Positions 40,890 to 50,100 of a stretch of 62,503 nucleotides of DNA are shown here, one piece after another. The stretch is from an uncultured bacterium (GTDB lineage: Bacteria > Patescibacteriota > Minisyncoccia > Minisyncoccales > UBA5738). Location: positions 1 to 62,503 of the forward strand of contig CAINCQ010000004.1 in NCBI GenBank assembly GCA_903847095.1. Reading direction: 5' to 3'. Below the pieces are notes generated by a model. It had not been told where the DNA came from and did no database searches. It saw only the letters and a list, made by a program, of their open reading frames with translations. Both the position numbers and the translations under genes were made by a program. Each line of letters opens with the position of its first letter. The first letter of the stretch is position 1.

Positions 40890-41366
40890 ATGAAAAAATT
40901 TACCTTGATTTCGATCGCTTGCCTGCTGGTTTTTGTCATCGTATTCGCGTATTTCGTTTTTCAAAAAAAATACGGTTGGCCGGCCGATGGATTTCCCCGG
41001 GTTTGTTTTAAAAACAAATGCTTTGATGTTGAGATCGCGGCGACGGAGGCCGAACGGCAAAAAGGCTTGATGAACCGCGAAAGTCTGGGCGCCGATAAGG
41101 GCATGATTTTTATTTTTGATAAACCAGCGAACTATTCTTTTTGGATGAAAAACACCCTTATTCCGCTGGATATGGTATGGCTAGACCAGGACCGCAAGAT
41201 CGTTTTCATAAACGAGAACGCCCAACCCTGTGGATCAAAGGATTGTTCCGTAGTCACGCCCGTAATCAAATCCCAATATGTTTTCGAGGCGAAGGCTGGA
41301 ACAGCCAAAAGGATCGGTCTCAAATACGGAGACCAGGCGGATTTCTTCCTGTACGCCAAACAATAA
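40890..41366 (+). CDS. DUF192 family protein
   Basis: VEIA.T..ER.KGLM.R, GMIFIF, FWMKNTLIPLD. Confidence 0.92.
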   Translation: MKKFTLISIACLLVFVIVFAYFVFQKKYGWPADGFPRVCFKNKCFDVEIAATEAERQKGLMNRESLGADKGMIFIFDKPANYSFWMKNTLIPLDMVWLDQDRKIVFINENAQPCGSKDCSVVTPVIKSQYVFEAKAGTAKRIGLKYGDQADFFLYAKQ

Positions 41367-41585
41367 GCCAATTAAAAAAATTTAAAGACGGAAAAAAAGC
41401 GGTTCCGCGTTTTTTTGGTTGGGCCCTTGACAAACTTTTATATTGGTGCTAAGAAAGTACCTTCGGTGATCTTTTACAAGTCAAGTGTTGATTTGCGTAG
41501 CACCCGGCGGCCGGACCATCGGCGATCAGGTGCTGCGCAGATCATAGTCGCGGCTGAATATAAATACGCTAGAGAGGTAAAAAAA

Positions 41586-42395
41586 ATGTCCATAGGTCTT
41601 AAGGGAGCGGGCTCGATAATAGCGATTTTGTTCGTTATCGGGTTTCTCGCTGTTTGGAATACCGCGGTTACCATCCCCGCGGGCGAAGAAGGGGTTTATG
41701 ACTACTTTGGCAACGTTGATCAGGCATCGATACCCTCGGGATTCCATATTTTGAATCCGCTGGGGCATGTAACGCTCTTCAGCGTAAAGACGCAGTCATT
41801 CGAGTTCCAGAAGATCGAGGGAACGCTAACGTCTGAAGGGCTGACGGTTGTGCCCGACGTTAGCATCATCTATCGAATCCAGGCGGGAGCCGCTCCCGGT
41901 ATCTATCGGAAAGTGTCAGGCAATTACTTCGACACTCTGGTCACGCCAATCTTCATGTCCACCTTGAGAGACGAAATTAAGAGATGGACGGCCGAAGATA
42001 TCTATACCGGCAAAGCCAGCCAGATTCAGGCTGATGTTCAGGAAAGGCTACAGAACGATTCCCAACTGCTGGGGAACGGTATCGTTGTTGAAGCCGTCCT
42101 TATCAGGGGAACGGTCCTGCCGGCTGAAGTAACGACGGCCATTGAGGCTAAGATCAAAGAAAGCCAGGCTGTGGACCAGATGAAATTCAGTGTCCTCAAG
42201 CAGGATCAAACCAACAAGGTCATCATCTCCGCGGCCAATGCCCAGGCTCAAGCCAATCAGATATTGTCGTCTAGTATAACACCGAATTTAGTAAACATGA
42301 AGATTGCCGAGGCTTACGCGACCAACCCGAACGTTGTGTTCGTGGGTGGCGGGAATATGTTGATTGACGGCACAAATCTCTTAAAAAACGGGTAA
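41586..42395 (+). CDS. SPFH/band-7/prohibitin family protein; -1 frame extension to 42562 encodes a PGF-CTERM-like tail
   Basis: N-terminal TM, IPAGEEGV..FG, GFHILNP, TSEGL, DVSIIYRI, AIEAK, AQAQAN; GAGGT SD before ATG 41586. Confidence 0.88.
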   Translation: MSIGLKGAGSIIAILFVIGFLAVWNTAVTIPAGEEGVYDYFGNVDQASIPSGFHILNPLGHVTLFSVKTQSFEFQKIEGTLTSEGLTVVPDVSIIYRIQAGAAPGIYRKVSGNYFDTLVTPIFMSTLRDEIKRWTAEDIYTGKASQIQADVQERLQNDSQLLGNGIVVEAVLIRGTVLPAEVTTAIEAKIKESQAVDQMKFSVLKQDQTNKVIISAANAQAQANQILSSSITPNLVNMKIAEAYATNPNVVFVGGGNMLIDGTNLLKNG

Positions 42396-42562
42396 GCGGA
42401 GCCGCTGTCAAAGCAGCTCCGTCAGCCATGTTGCCGTCATCTCCGGCCGTGCCGAAGAATTCTACCGCTGGCAAAGATGAGTCGACGCCAGGGTTTGAAG
42501 GCATTTTCGCTGTCGCAGGGCTTTTGGCGGTTTCCTTCATAGTCTTAAGGCGTCGCCATTAG
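42383..42562 (+). other. Candidate -1 frameshift site plus cryptic C-terminal PGF-CTERM sorting-signal coding segment
   Basis: A_AAA_AAC at 42383-42389 and a hairpin at 42397-42421. The -1 frame reads VSGAAVKAAPSAMLPSSPAVPKNSTAGKDESTPGFEGIFAVAGLLAVSFIVLRRRH*. Confidence 0.75.
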
Positions 42563-42565
42563 CAT

Positions 42566-42591
42566 AAAGGGATGTAAACCATCCCTTTTTT
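42566..42591 (+). terminator. Terminator directly after the PGF-CTERM stop
   Basis: AAAGGGATG-TAAAC-CATCCCTTT followed by T's. Confidence 0.8.
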
Positions 42592-42668
42592 GTTTGGAAT
42601 TTTCGCTTGACAAAAAGAGCGATTAATAGTAAAAAACAAAGTAGTTCATCAAAAAGAGGTGGAAAAAA

Positions 42669-43133
42669 ATGAGACAAGAAGTAACAATGGAAGTACCGAA
42701 ACTCGGATTGGAGAAAATGAGCGCTCTGCTCACGGCGACACCTGTGCGGATTTTTAACGCGAGGGAAGCCGAGATTCTTTCGGAACAGCCCATGGAAATA
42801 AACATCCCCGGCCGACCGGTGGTAACGGGCTATGTGATCCTGGCTCAAAATACCAGAAATCCGAATCCGCTGGAAATAGCGGTGAACGCCAAAACAGGCG
42901 AATTCCTCCAGAACGCGAAAGGGGGAATGGAGTTTGTCCTGCGGCGCGGCGGTTTGTCGCTCTCGGGCCGAAAGTCGTCGGGTGCCGAAGAACAGCTTAA
43001 AGGGAAAATGACCTTGAAAGAGCTGCCGATCAGGGATCCCGATTGCTTAACGATCGATGGAATTCAGTTCAAGCAAACCGGCACGATAAGCATCAAATTG
43101 AACGGGGGGGCTTTGATCAAAATACGGGAGTAG
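42669..43133 (+). CDS. Hypothetical protein
   Basis: TTGACA at 42608, GAGGTGG SD. Confidence 0.65.
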   Translation: MRQEVTMEVPKLGLEKMSALLTATPVRIFNAREAEILSEQPMEINIPGRPVVTGYVILAQNTRNPNPLEIAVNAKTGEFLQNAKGGMEFVLRRGGLSLSGRKSSGAEEQLKGKMTLKELPIRDPDCLTIDGIQFKQTGTISIKLNGGALIKIRE

Positions 43134-43143
43134 GGAGTGAAGC

Positions 43144-44031
43144 ATGAAAGAATTCTCGGAATTGAGGGAACGGATAGAAAGCGAAATCGGGCGGGTTTTC
43201 AACCTGCCCAAAGATTTTGTCAGTCCGGTGAGCGAAGCGGCAGGTGAAGCCAGGGCGAATATCGTTGAGCTTCATAATCCCGTTGTGATGACCAATAACC
43301 ACACAATAGCGGTTACCGGACGGGTATTCGTCTTGAGCGGTAATCAGCTTATAGCCGCGCTCAAAACCCGCTATAGTGTCGGGAAAGCGAGCAATTTTGC
43401 CAAAATCGTCGACGATTTTATCGACAGGGGAGAAAGTGCCGATCTCGGCGCGCTGTCGCAGCGTTTCGACACCAATCAGGTGATGCGGGAACTGCGCGCC
43501 GTCAGCGAAGTACTGATGGCGGACAGAAACAGGCTGGTTTTACTCCGATCGCTTGAAACCATCGAACCGGTGAACGAATACGTGATCGATGGCGCCCACT
43601 CCAGCGGCAAATATTTGCCGTCCATCGAAGTTCCGGCCATTATCAAAGCCGACAATATCGAGCTCAAATTCGAGTCCGACCAGGGAGTCAGAGTGAGCGA
43701 CGGACGGGTCGAAAAAAATATGATAGCTTACCTTTCACAGATCGCGATGATCGTCGAGGGTATCGAAAACAACGTCCGGGAAGTTAAAGGTGGTATTCCT
43801 TATTTGGGCGATGCCGTAGCGATTCTGGGCATCATAATGTTTGCCTTCGGTATCATGGTTGCGTTCGGCTCTAGACTGCGCTTGTCCGAATTTTCCATAC
43901 CGGTTGCGGTGGTCGGTCTCGCGCTGCTTGTAGTACGTTATGGGCCGTTTTTTCCCGAGTATTTTTCGGAAGCGAAGAAAGTCGTTGGCGACGCGCCGAT
44001 GAAAATTCGTTTCTACGGAGAATTAGAATGA
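43144..44031 (+). CDS. Hypothetical protein with 2 C-terminal TM helices
   Basis: GGAG SD, co-oriented with the previous gene, hairpin at the stop. Confidence 0.7.
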   Translation: MKEFSELRERIESEIGRVFNLPKDFVSPVSEAAGEARANIVELHNPVVMTNNHTIAVTGRVFVLSGNQLIAALKTRYSVGKASNFAKIVDDFIDRGESADLGALSQRFDTNQVMRELRAVSEVLMADRNRLVLLRSLETIEPVNEYVIDGAHSSGKYLPSIEVPAIIKADNIELKFESDQGVRVSDGRVEKNMIAYLSQIAMIVEGIENNVREVKGGIPYLGDAVAILGIIMFAFGIMVAFGSRLRLSEFSIPVAVVGLALLVVRYGPFFPEYFSEAKKVVGDAPMKIRFYGELE

Positions 44032-44106
44032 GCATCAATGTGCTCATTTTTCTTTTTTCCGCCGATTGACAAATCATTGGTAAAAGATTAAGTTTAGGTT
44101 TGTAAA

Positions 44107-44400
44107 ATGGAGGCTAAAAAAGTGAAAGACGAGCGGGGAAAAAATCTAAGCGCAAGCGCGGTATCGGCTGGAATTATGGTTTACTGCGTTCAAGGTCTTG
44201 GAACAAAAGAGGATGAAGCCGAGTCCTGGTCAAATTGTTTTTTGTTGCTAGGAATAAAATCCGGTTCCAACATGGCGGACGCGATCCGGCACGATATCGG
44301 CGATCTCGCTTGGTTCTGCAATCCCGATGAAGACCCCGATGGATTTATGTTATTCGTCAAGGATTATCTCAAAGATTACCTTCGTGCCCAGTATCATTAG
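44107..44400 (+). CDS. Hypothetical protein
   Basis: TTGACA promoter at 44066. Confidence 0.55.
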   Translation: MEAKKVKDERGKNLSASAVSAGIMVYCVQGLGTKEDEAESWSNCFLLLGIKSGSNMADAIRHDIGDLAWFCNPDEDPDGFMLFVKDYLKDYLRAQYH

Positions 44401-44425
44401 TTCTTTGGGTTTTAAGGAGGAGTGG

Positions 44426-44689
44426 ATGAAGGAAGTTAACGACATGTGTTTAGACGAAGAAAAGTCGGTGATCTTATCGCAAATCGAAAGTCTTTCGGCC
44501 ATGCTTGGCCAAATCGACGCTCTTTTGAAAAAACCGCCCAAGAGATACGATATAGGCTTGAAAAGTTCTCTAGAGGCAAGTTTGCTAGCCAGAGAATTGT
44601 CGATCAAGGGATTGCTCGAGCAATCGGAGTTCTTTATGAAACAAATAAACGGCCTGGAGCTTGCTTGTAAATGCAGGCATGAGACCTGA
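44426..44689 (+). CDS. Small helical hypothetical protein
   Basis: AAGGAG SD then ATG 44426; terminator at about 44703-44726. Confidence 0.55.
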   Translation: MKEVNDMCLDEEKSVILSQIESLSAMLGQIDALLKKPPKRYDIGLKSSLEASLLARELSIKGLLEQSEFFMKQINGLELACKCRHET

Positions 44690-44812
44690 TGAATCGAAAT
44701 ATAAAGCGGCTATCCCCGCTTTTTTTGGTTCTTATTCAAAAAAGGCGCTAAATGGTTTAAAATAGGATGAGGAACTAAAAGGCGTTTTCCAAGACGCTGG
44801 ATTTAAATAACC

Positions 44813-45559
44813 ATGAAAAAGATACCCAGAGGAGTTTATTCGGTATTTATTTTGATTCTGTTGTTAATAGGTGTTTTGATCTACGGTTTTTATTATGAAT
44901 ATTATTTGAAACCGGTTGATTGCGGATCTCATCCGATCAACGATTGCCCGGTCCGGTGCGCGATTTGCCCGACTTGTCCGACTTGCAATTTATCCTGCCG
45001 CGCGATCGAGGATTGTAAAAAAGACGGATTTTACGATAAGAATTTCGAACAGATAAGGACTCATCAAAGCCTGCCCGATCCGATCTTTTTGATCAGGGAA
45101 ACCTATGAACCCGCGTTGAAACAATATCCGGCTTATGACCATATGGTCATAGGGGAATGCGAACAAGCCACGATGTGTGTCCGGATCTACCTCAAAGAAG
45201 ATTCGGCCGATTTGAAAAGTAAAATGCCTGATTCGATCGATGGAATGAAAGTGATTTACGTAATGATGGCCGAAGGCGGCCAGCCCGAACCCGTTTTAAA
45301 ATGCGGAATTGAAAGTTGCCACGGTATGGACATCGTCTGCGGGTCCAATGTTCCCGATGTCTGCACGGAAGTTTATATGCTCGGCGATGGTTGCCGCCAA
45401 TTTGCCAAATGCGGAGTTATTGCCGGCCAATGCCAATCCGTACAGTCGCCGCGATTCGACCAATGTAAAACCTGCGTTAAAAAATGCGAAAGCGATTTTG
45501 CCAAAGATAACGCGAAGATGTTCGAGTGCGAATCCGGCTGTTTGCAGCCGGTAAAGTAA
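44813..45559 (+). CDS. Membrane-anchored Cys-rich protein
   Basis: N-terminal TM; two Cys-rich domains. Confidence 0.75.
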   Translation: MKKIPRGVYSVFILILLLIGVLIYGFYYEYYLKPVDCGSHPINDCPVRCAICPTCPTCNLSCRAIEDCKKDGFYDKNFEQIRTHQSLPDPIFLIRETYEPALKQYPAYDHMVIGECEQATMCVRIYLKEDSADLKSKMPDSIDGMKVIYVMMAEGGQPEPVLKCGIESCHGMDIVCGSNVPDVCTEVYMLGDGCRQFAKCGVIAGQCQSVQSPRFDQCKTCVKKCESDFAKDNAKMFECESGCLQPVK

Positions 45560-45645
45560 AACGGGTGAAAGGGTAAGCAAGAAAGCAAGAAAAGAAATTT
45601 CCGGTTAATGCTCGTTGGAGTCGGAATGCATCGGGAAAAAATAAT

Positions 45646-46848
45646 TTGACGATCTTAAAAATGGTATCGTACGCGAAAATACTTTTTTTCTACACCTTTA
45701 TCGGATTAATGGTTTTTGGCGCTTACGTGGAGCGTGATTTTTTGATCGGTTTATCCGATCCCAAGCCGGCTCTTGATTTAGTGAATAAACAAAAGAACGC
45801 GGTTGAAAAAAAGATCGCGGAGGTCAAAGGCGCGATCGAGAAAGGTTTTAAAAAAAATCCCATTGATCTTAATTTGGATAAAACGGTTCCCGAAATTAAG
45901 AATCAGATCGAAAAAAAGATCGCGTCGGTTGATTTGGGCGTGAATCAAACGGGGTTGGGAGGGGAAACTAAAAAAAACACCAAAGAGATCATACCGGATG
46001 TGTCGTTAAAAACCGGAATTGTTGAAAAGACGGATACTTCGGCGATCGACGAACCGCCGCCTACGATCAAAAAAGAAGAGGTGGCGGTTTCCGGATTGAC
46101 CGTCGCGGGAGTGATCGCTTTGACCAACCGCGAACGCGCCTTGAATTTGGGCGATGGCCACAGCCTGGCGGAGAGTTCGATCTTGGACCAGGCGGCCAGT
46201 TACCGCTTGCAGGATATGTTCGCGAAACAATATTTTGCCCATGAATCGCCCGACGGTTTGAAAATGGGTTATTTTTTGGAAAAAGCCGGCTACGACAGTC
46301 TGGCTTCCGGCGAGAACCTGGCGGAAGGGGATTTTTCCGGCGACCCGGATCTGGTAGAAGGCTGGATGAACAGTCCGGGTCATCGTGCCAACATCTTGAA
46401 TGCCACTTACGATGAGATCGGTGTTGCCGTGGGTCGCGGCCAATTCCAAGGGCGGACCGCCTGGGTCGCGGTCCAATTGTTCGGGACGCCTTCGACAGCC
46501 TGCGCGAAACCGGATAAGGAATTGGAAATTCGCTTCGATAGCCTGAAAACCGAGTTGGACAATATAAAAAGCGAGCTGGCAACAATGTCGGCAACGATCG
46601 ATTCGCTGAAAAACGAGGCGGAGGCGGAAAAAGAAAACATTTCAGGCCTTATTGATTCCGGCCGCGACTCCGAAGCCGCAGCGGCCCAAGAAGACCTTAA
46701 TCTTTTGATCGACCGGACAAACGAACAAGTAGACGCTTACAATTTGAAAGTTGTCGGGCAAAAGCACCTTTACAGCGAATACCAGGCGAGCGTCGTTTTG
46801 TATAACAACCAAATAAAAGAATTCAACGCCTGTATCGACGCGTTATAA
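45646..46848 (+). CDS. CAP/SCP domain protein with C-terminal coiled coil
   Basis: LTNRER, YFAHESPDG, GENLA, WMNSPGHRANIL, EIGVAV, VQLFG. Confidence 0.92.
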   Translation: MTILKMVSYAKILFFYTFIGLMVFGAYVERDFLIGLSDPKPALDLVNKQKNAVEKKIAEVKGAIEKGFKKNPIDLNLDKTVPEIKNQIEKKIASVDLGVNQTGLGGETKKNTKEIIPDVSLKTGIVEKTDTSAIDEPPPTIKKEEVAVSGLTVAGVIALTNRERALNLGDGHSLAESSILDQAASYRLQDMFAKQYFAHESPDGLKMGYFLEKAGYDSLASGENLAEGDFSGDPDLVEGWMNSPGHRANILNATYDEIGVAVGRGQFQGRTAWVAVQLFGTPSTACAKPDKELEIRFDSLKTELDNIKSELATMSATIDSLKNEAEAEKENISGLIDSGRDSEAAAAQEDLNLLIDRTNEQVDAYNLKVVGQKHLYSEYQASVVLYNNQIKEFNACIDAL

Positions 46849-46958
46849 TTTTTTCCCGGGGCTTACCGGGAATAGTCGCGCCGGGGAAGATTTTGACAAG
46901 CGGTTAAAAAGGTTTAAGATCCGTACAGTGCCAAAAATGCGAGTGGGGAGGAATTTGT

Positions 46959-47147
46959 TTGGAAATCGAAGAAGGAGAATGCGGTGTTTGCATGCAAAAA
47001 GAGCGGGTCGCGGTCCTTGAGCAGGGCAAAAAAGTTTGCCGGAAGTGTCTGGCGGCCTATATCACAACGCTTCTTTACCGCTGTCCGATCGAAGACGTGG
47101 CTTTAATATATCGCATTCTGGAAAAAGGTGAAAATCGTCCGGGTTAA
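46959..47147 (+). CDS. Small putative Zn-finger protein
   Basis: CGVC...CRKC; TTGACA-16-TAAGAT promoter, GGAGG SD, TTG start. Confidence 0.55.
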   Translation: MEIEEGECGVCMQKERVAVLEQGKKVCRKCLAAYITTLLYRCPIEDVALIYRILEKGENRPG

Positions 47148-47179
47148 CGGACGTTTTTTTTGGCCGGTTTTCCGCGAAG

Positions 47180-50100
47180 TTACTTTGATTCGTCTTTAAT
47201 GAAAGTGGCGAAGAGGGCGGGGATGACGAAGAGGGTGAAGAAGGAGGAGATGGAGAGGCCAAAGATTATGGCCGCGCCCAGGCCCTCCCAGGTTTTGCTG
47301 GAAAGGGTGATGGGGATAATGCCCAGGATCGTGCAAAAAGAGGTGATGAAGATCGCTTCCAGCCGGGATTTTCCGGCGTCGATGATCGAGCCGCGCCAAG
47401 CGATGCCGCTTTTGAGGTTGAGGTTGATTTTGTCGATTAAAATAATGGCGTTTTTTACGACGATGCCAAACAGGGCGAGGATGCCGATCAGGCCGGGGAA
47501 GCTTAAGGGGATGCCGGTGACGGCCATGCCGATGAAGGTGCCGATGAGGGCCAGGGGAACGGTGATGAGCACGATCAGGGCCTTGATGAAGGAATTGAAT
47601 TGGACGACCAGAGTGGCGATGATCAAAATGAAGGCGACGATCATGGCCAGAAGAATGGACGTGACCGAATCGGCATTTTGTGAGTTTTGGCCGCCATACG
47701 ATATTTCATAACCGGCGGGAAGCTGATAGTCCTTTTTTAGGATATTTTGGAATTCGGTTAAAACCGCGGTCGGATTGGCAATTGCGGAAACGTCGCCGGT
47801 GAGGATCACGGTTCTTTTTTGATTTATGCGCTCAATGGTTTGAACGCTGGGTACGAGCCGGATGTCGGCTACGTCTTTTAAATAGACCGGCTGTTTGGCG
47901 AGGTTGATAATCTGGAGATTCTGGATGTCCTCCAGCGCCGGAATCGATCCGGGGTTGAAACGCACGTTTACTGATGTTTCTTTATTTTGGCTGAATATGG
48001 TTGTTGCCTTGGTACCCGAAATCGCGGTGCGCAAAACCGATCCGACGTAGGCGGAGTTCAAGCTATGCTCGGCCAGTTTTTGCTGGCTCAAAGTGAAAGT
48101 GTATTCCGGAGTTGCTTCTTTCAACGAAACATCGGTATTGATGACGCCTTGAATCTTTTCAAGGCGGGGTTTTAAATCGTTCGCTATTTTATCCAGCGTT
48201 GCCAAATCGTCCCCGGTAATATCGGCTTCGAAAGCCGCTCCGCTGGGCGGCCCGCCGCGAAGTTCGGTGATCACGATCTTTGCGTCTTTAATATCCGCGA
48301 AGTCTTTTCGCAAGGCTTCGCCCAATTCATACGATTTTAATTTCCGTTCGTTTTTGGGAACGAGATTTATGGTAATGCCGGCGGAATCGGCGGACGACGA
48401 GGACCCCGAGGAGAAACTGTCAGTGGAGGCCGATCCGCCGATCACGGTGGAAAAATTCTTTATTTCTTTATAGGTTAAAAGTTTTTCTTCGACCTTGGCG
48501 ACGATCAGGCTCGTTTCTTCCAGCTTGTAGCCGATGGGCGCCTCGATATTGACGGTGATGTAGTTAAAATCATCGGCGGGGAAGAATTCGGTTTTGACGA
48601 TTCCGAACGCCGGCAGCGCCGCCGCTACCAGGAACAGGCAAAACACCGCGGCCAGGAAGAAGATTCTCGTTTTTTTATTATCGATCAGGATGGCCAGGTA
48701 TTTTTCGTATACGGGCAGGAAGGCGTTGATATTGGCGAAGCCATGCGTCAATTTGGCGGTGAAACCAATTTTACTTTCGGTTGCCTGCGCGCGTAATTTC
48801 GCCTTGATCAGATCATCGCTTTTCGCTTCCAGATACAATAATCGCCGGTTTTCCCAAAGCAATTTCTTTCCTTGGCGTTCATACCAAAAGATCAACCAGC
48901 CGACTGCGATAACGATCAAACAAGCCAGAATATTGGCAATCAGCCCTCCGCCGGCAAGCAATACGATAGCGGTCGAGAAAAGCAGGGCAAGATAGATGAA
49001 GAAAAACGCGGGTGTTAAGCGTATTCTTTCCAGAATGGCGGCTAAGGGATGGTTGATCATCAGCGCGATGGCCAGCGAGGCGATTAATGTTACCGAGAGG
49101 GCAACGGGGATCGACCGGATGAAGCTGCCCATAATACCCGACGTGAAAAGCAAGGGCAGAAAGGCCCAAACCGTGGTAAGCGTCGTGGAAGTAAGTACCA
49201 CCTTAAAATCGTTTAACACCAAAAGGATTGCTTCTTCGGGCGTAAACTTTCCCGTTCGCATATACATTTTAGTCGCCGAAACCACGACGATGGCATCGTC
49301 GACGATCAAACCCAGCGATAAAAGCAAGGCGAAGGTCGAAAGGAAGTTCAAAGAGATTCCGGCAAGGTTCATTACCCCGAAGGTGACAAAAAAGACCAAA
49401 GGTATGGCCAAGCCGGCGACGAACGCTTCTTTAAGGCCGACCATCAAGATCAGGACGCCCATAACCAAAATGATAGTGAGAATGAAATCGTGGGTGAGCT
49501 GGTTAAAATCTTCCCTGATATATTCGGACTGGTCAAGCGTTACGTCGTATTTTAATCCGGGATTTTTTTTAACATATGAATCAAGCGCTATTTTTACGGA
49601 ATCGGCGGTTTTAATGATATTTCCTCCGGTACTTTTTACGATACTGATAACGACCGCATCGGTTGGCGAACCGCCCGACGATGATATCCGCGAGTAAGCG
49701 GTTTTCTTGATGGCGGTTTCTTTGACTTGAGCCACATCTTTTAAGTAGATCGGGGCGTTAGTGTTGCCGAAGGCTACCGGAATTTGTCCAAAGCTCGCGG
49801 CATCATAAATTCTTCCGTCGGCCGAAATGGAATAGATGTAGGTTTTTCCGTCAAAATTTCCGGAAGGTACGGAAAGGTTGGCGGCTTTCAAACTTGATAC
49901 CACTTGGTCGATCGATATTCCGTAAAAGAGGAGTTTTTCGGGAAAACAGGAAACGGATATTTCTTTTTGATCTCCGCCCGAAATCCTTACCTCCCTAACG
50001 CCGCTTACTTTTTCCAACTCATCCTTGATTAAGTCGGCATGGTCGCGCAAAGCGAATCCGTCGAACGATCCTGAGATGGCAAGAGTAATAATGGGGGTAT

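Noticed and set aside
41415..41585. N-terminal extension of the SPFH ORF given in the ORF track
   Set aside because: The region holds a promoter and a hairpin; the SD and TM helix point to ATG 41586.
44813..45559. Multiheme cytochrome c
   Set aside because: No CxxCH motif; the Cys pattern fits disulfides.
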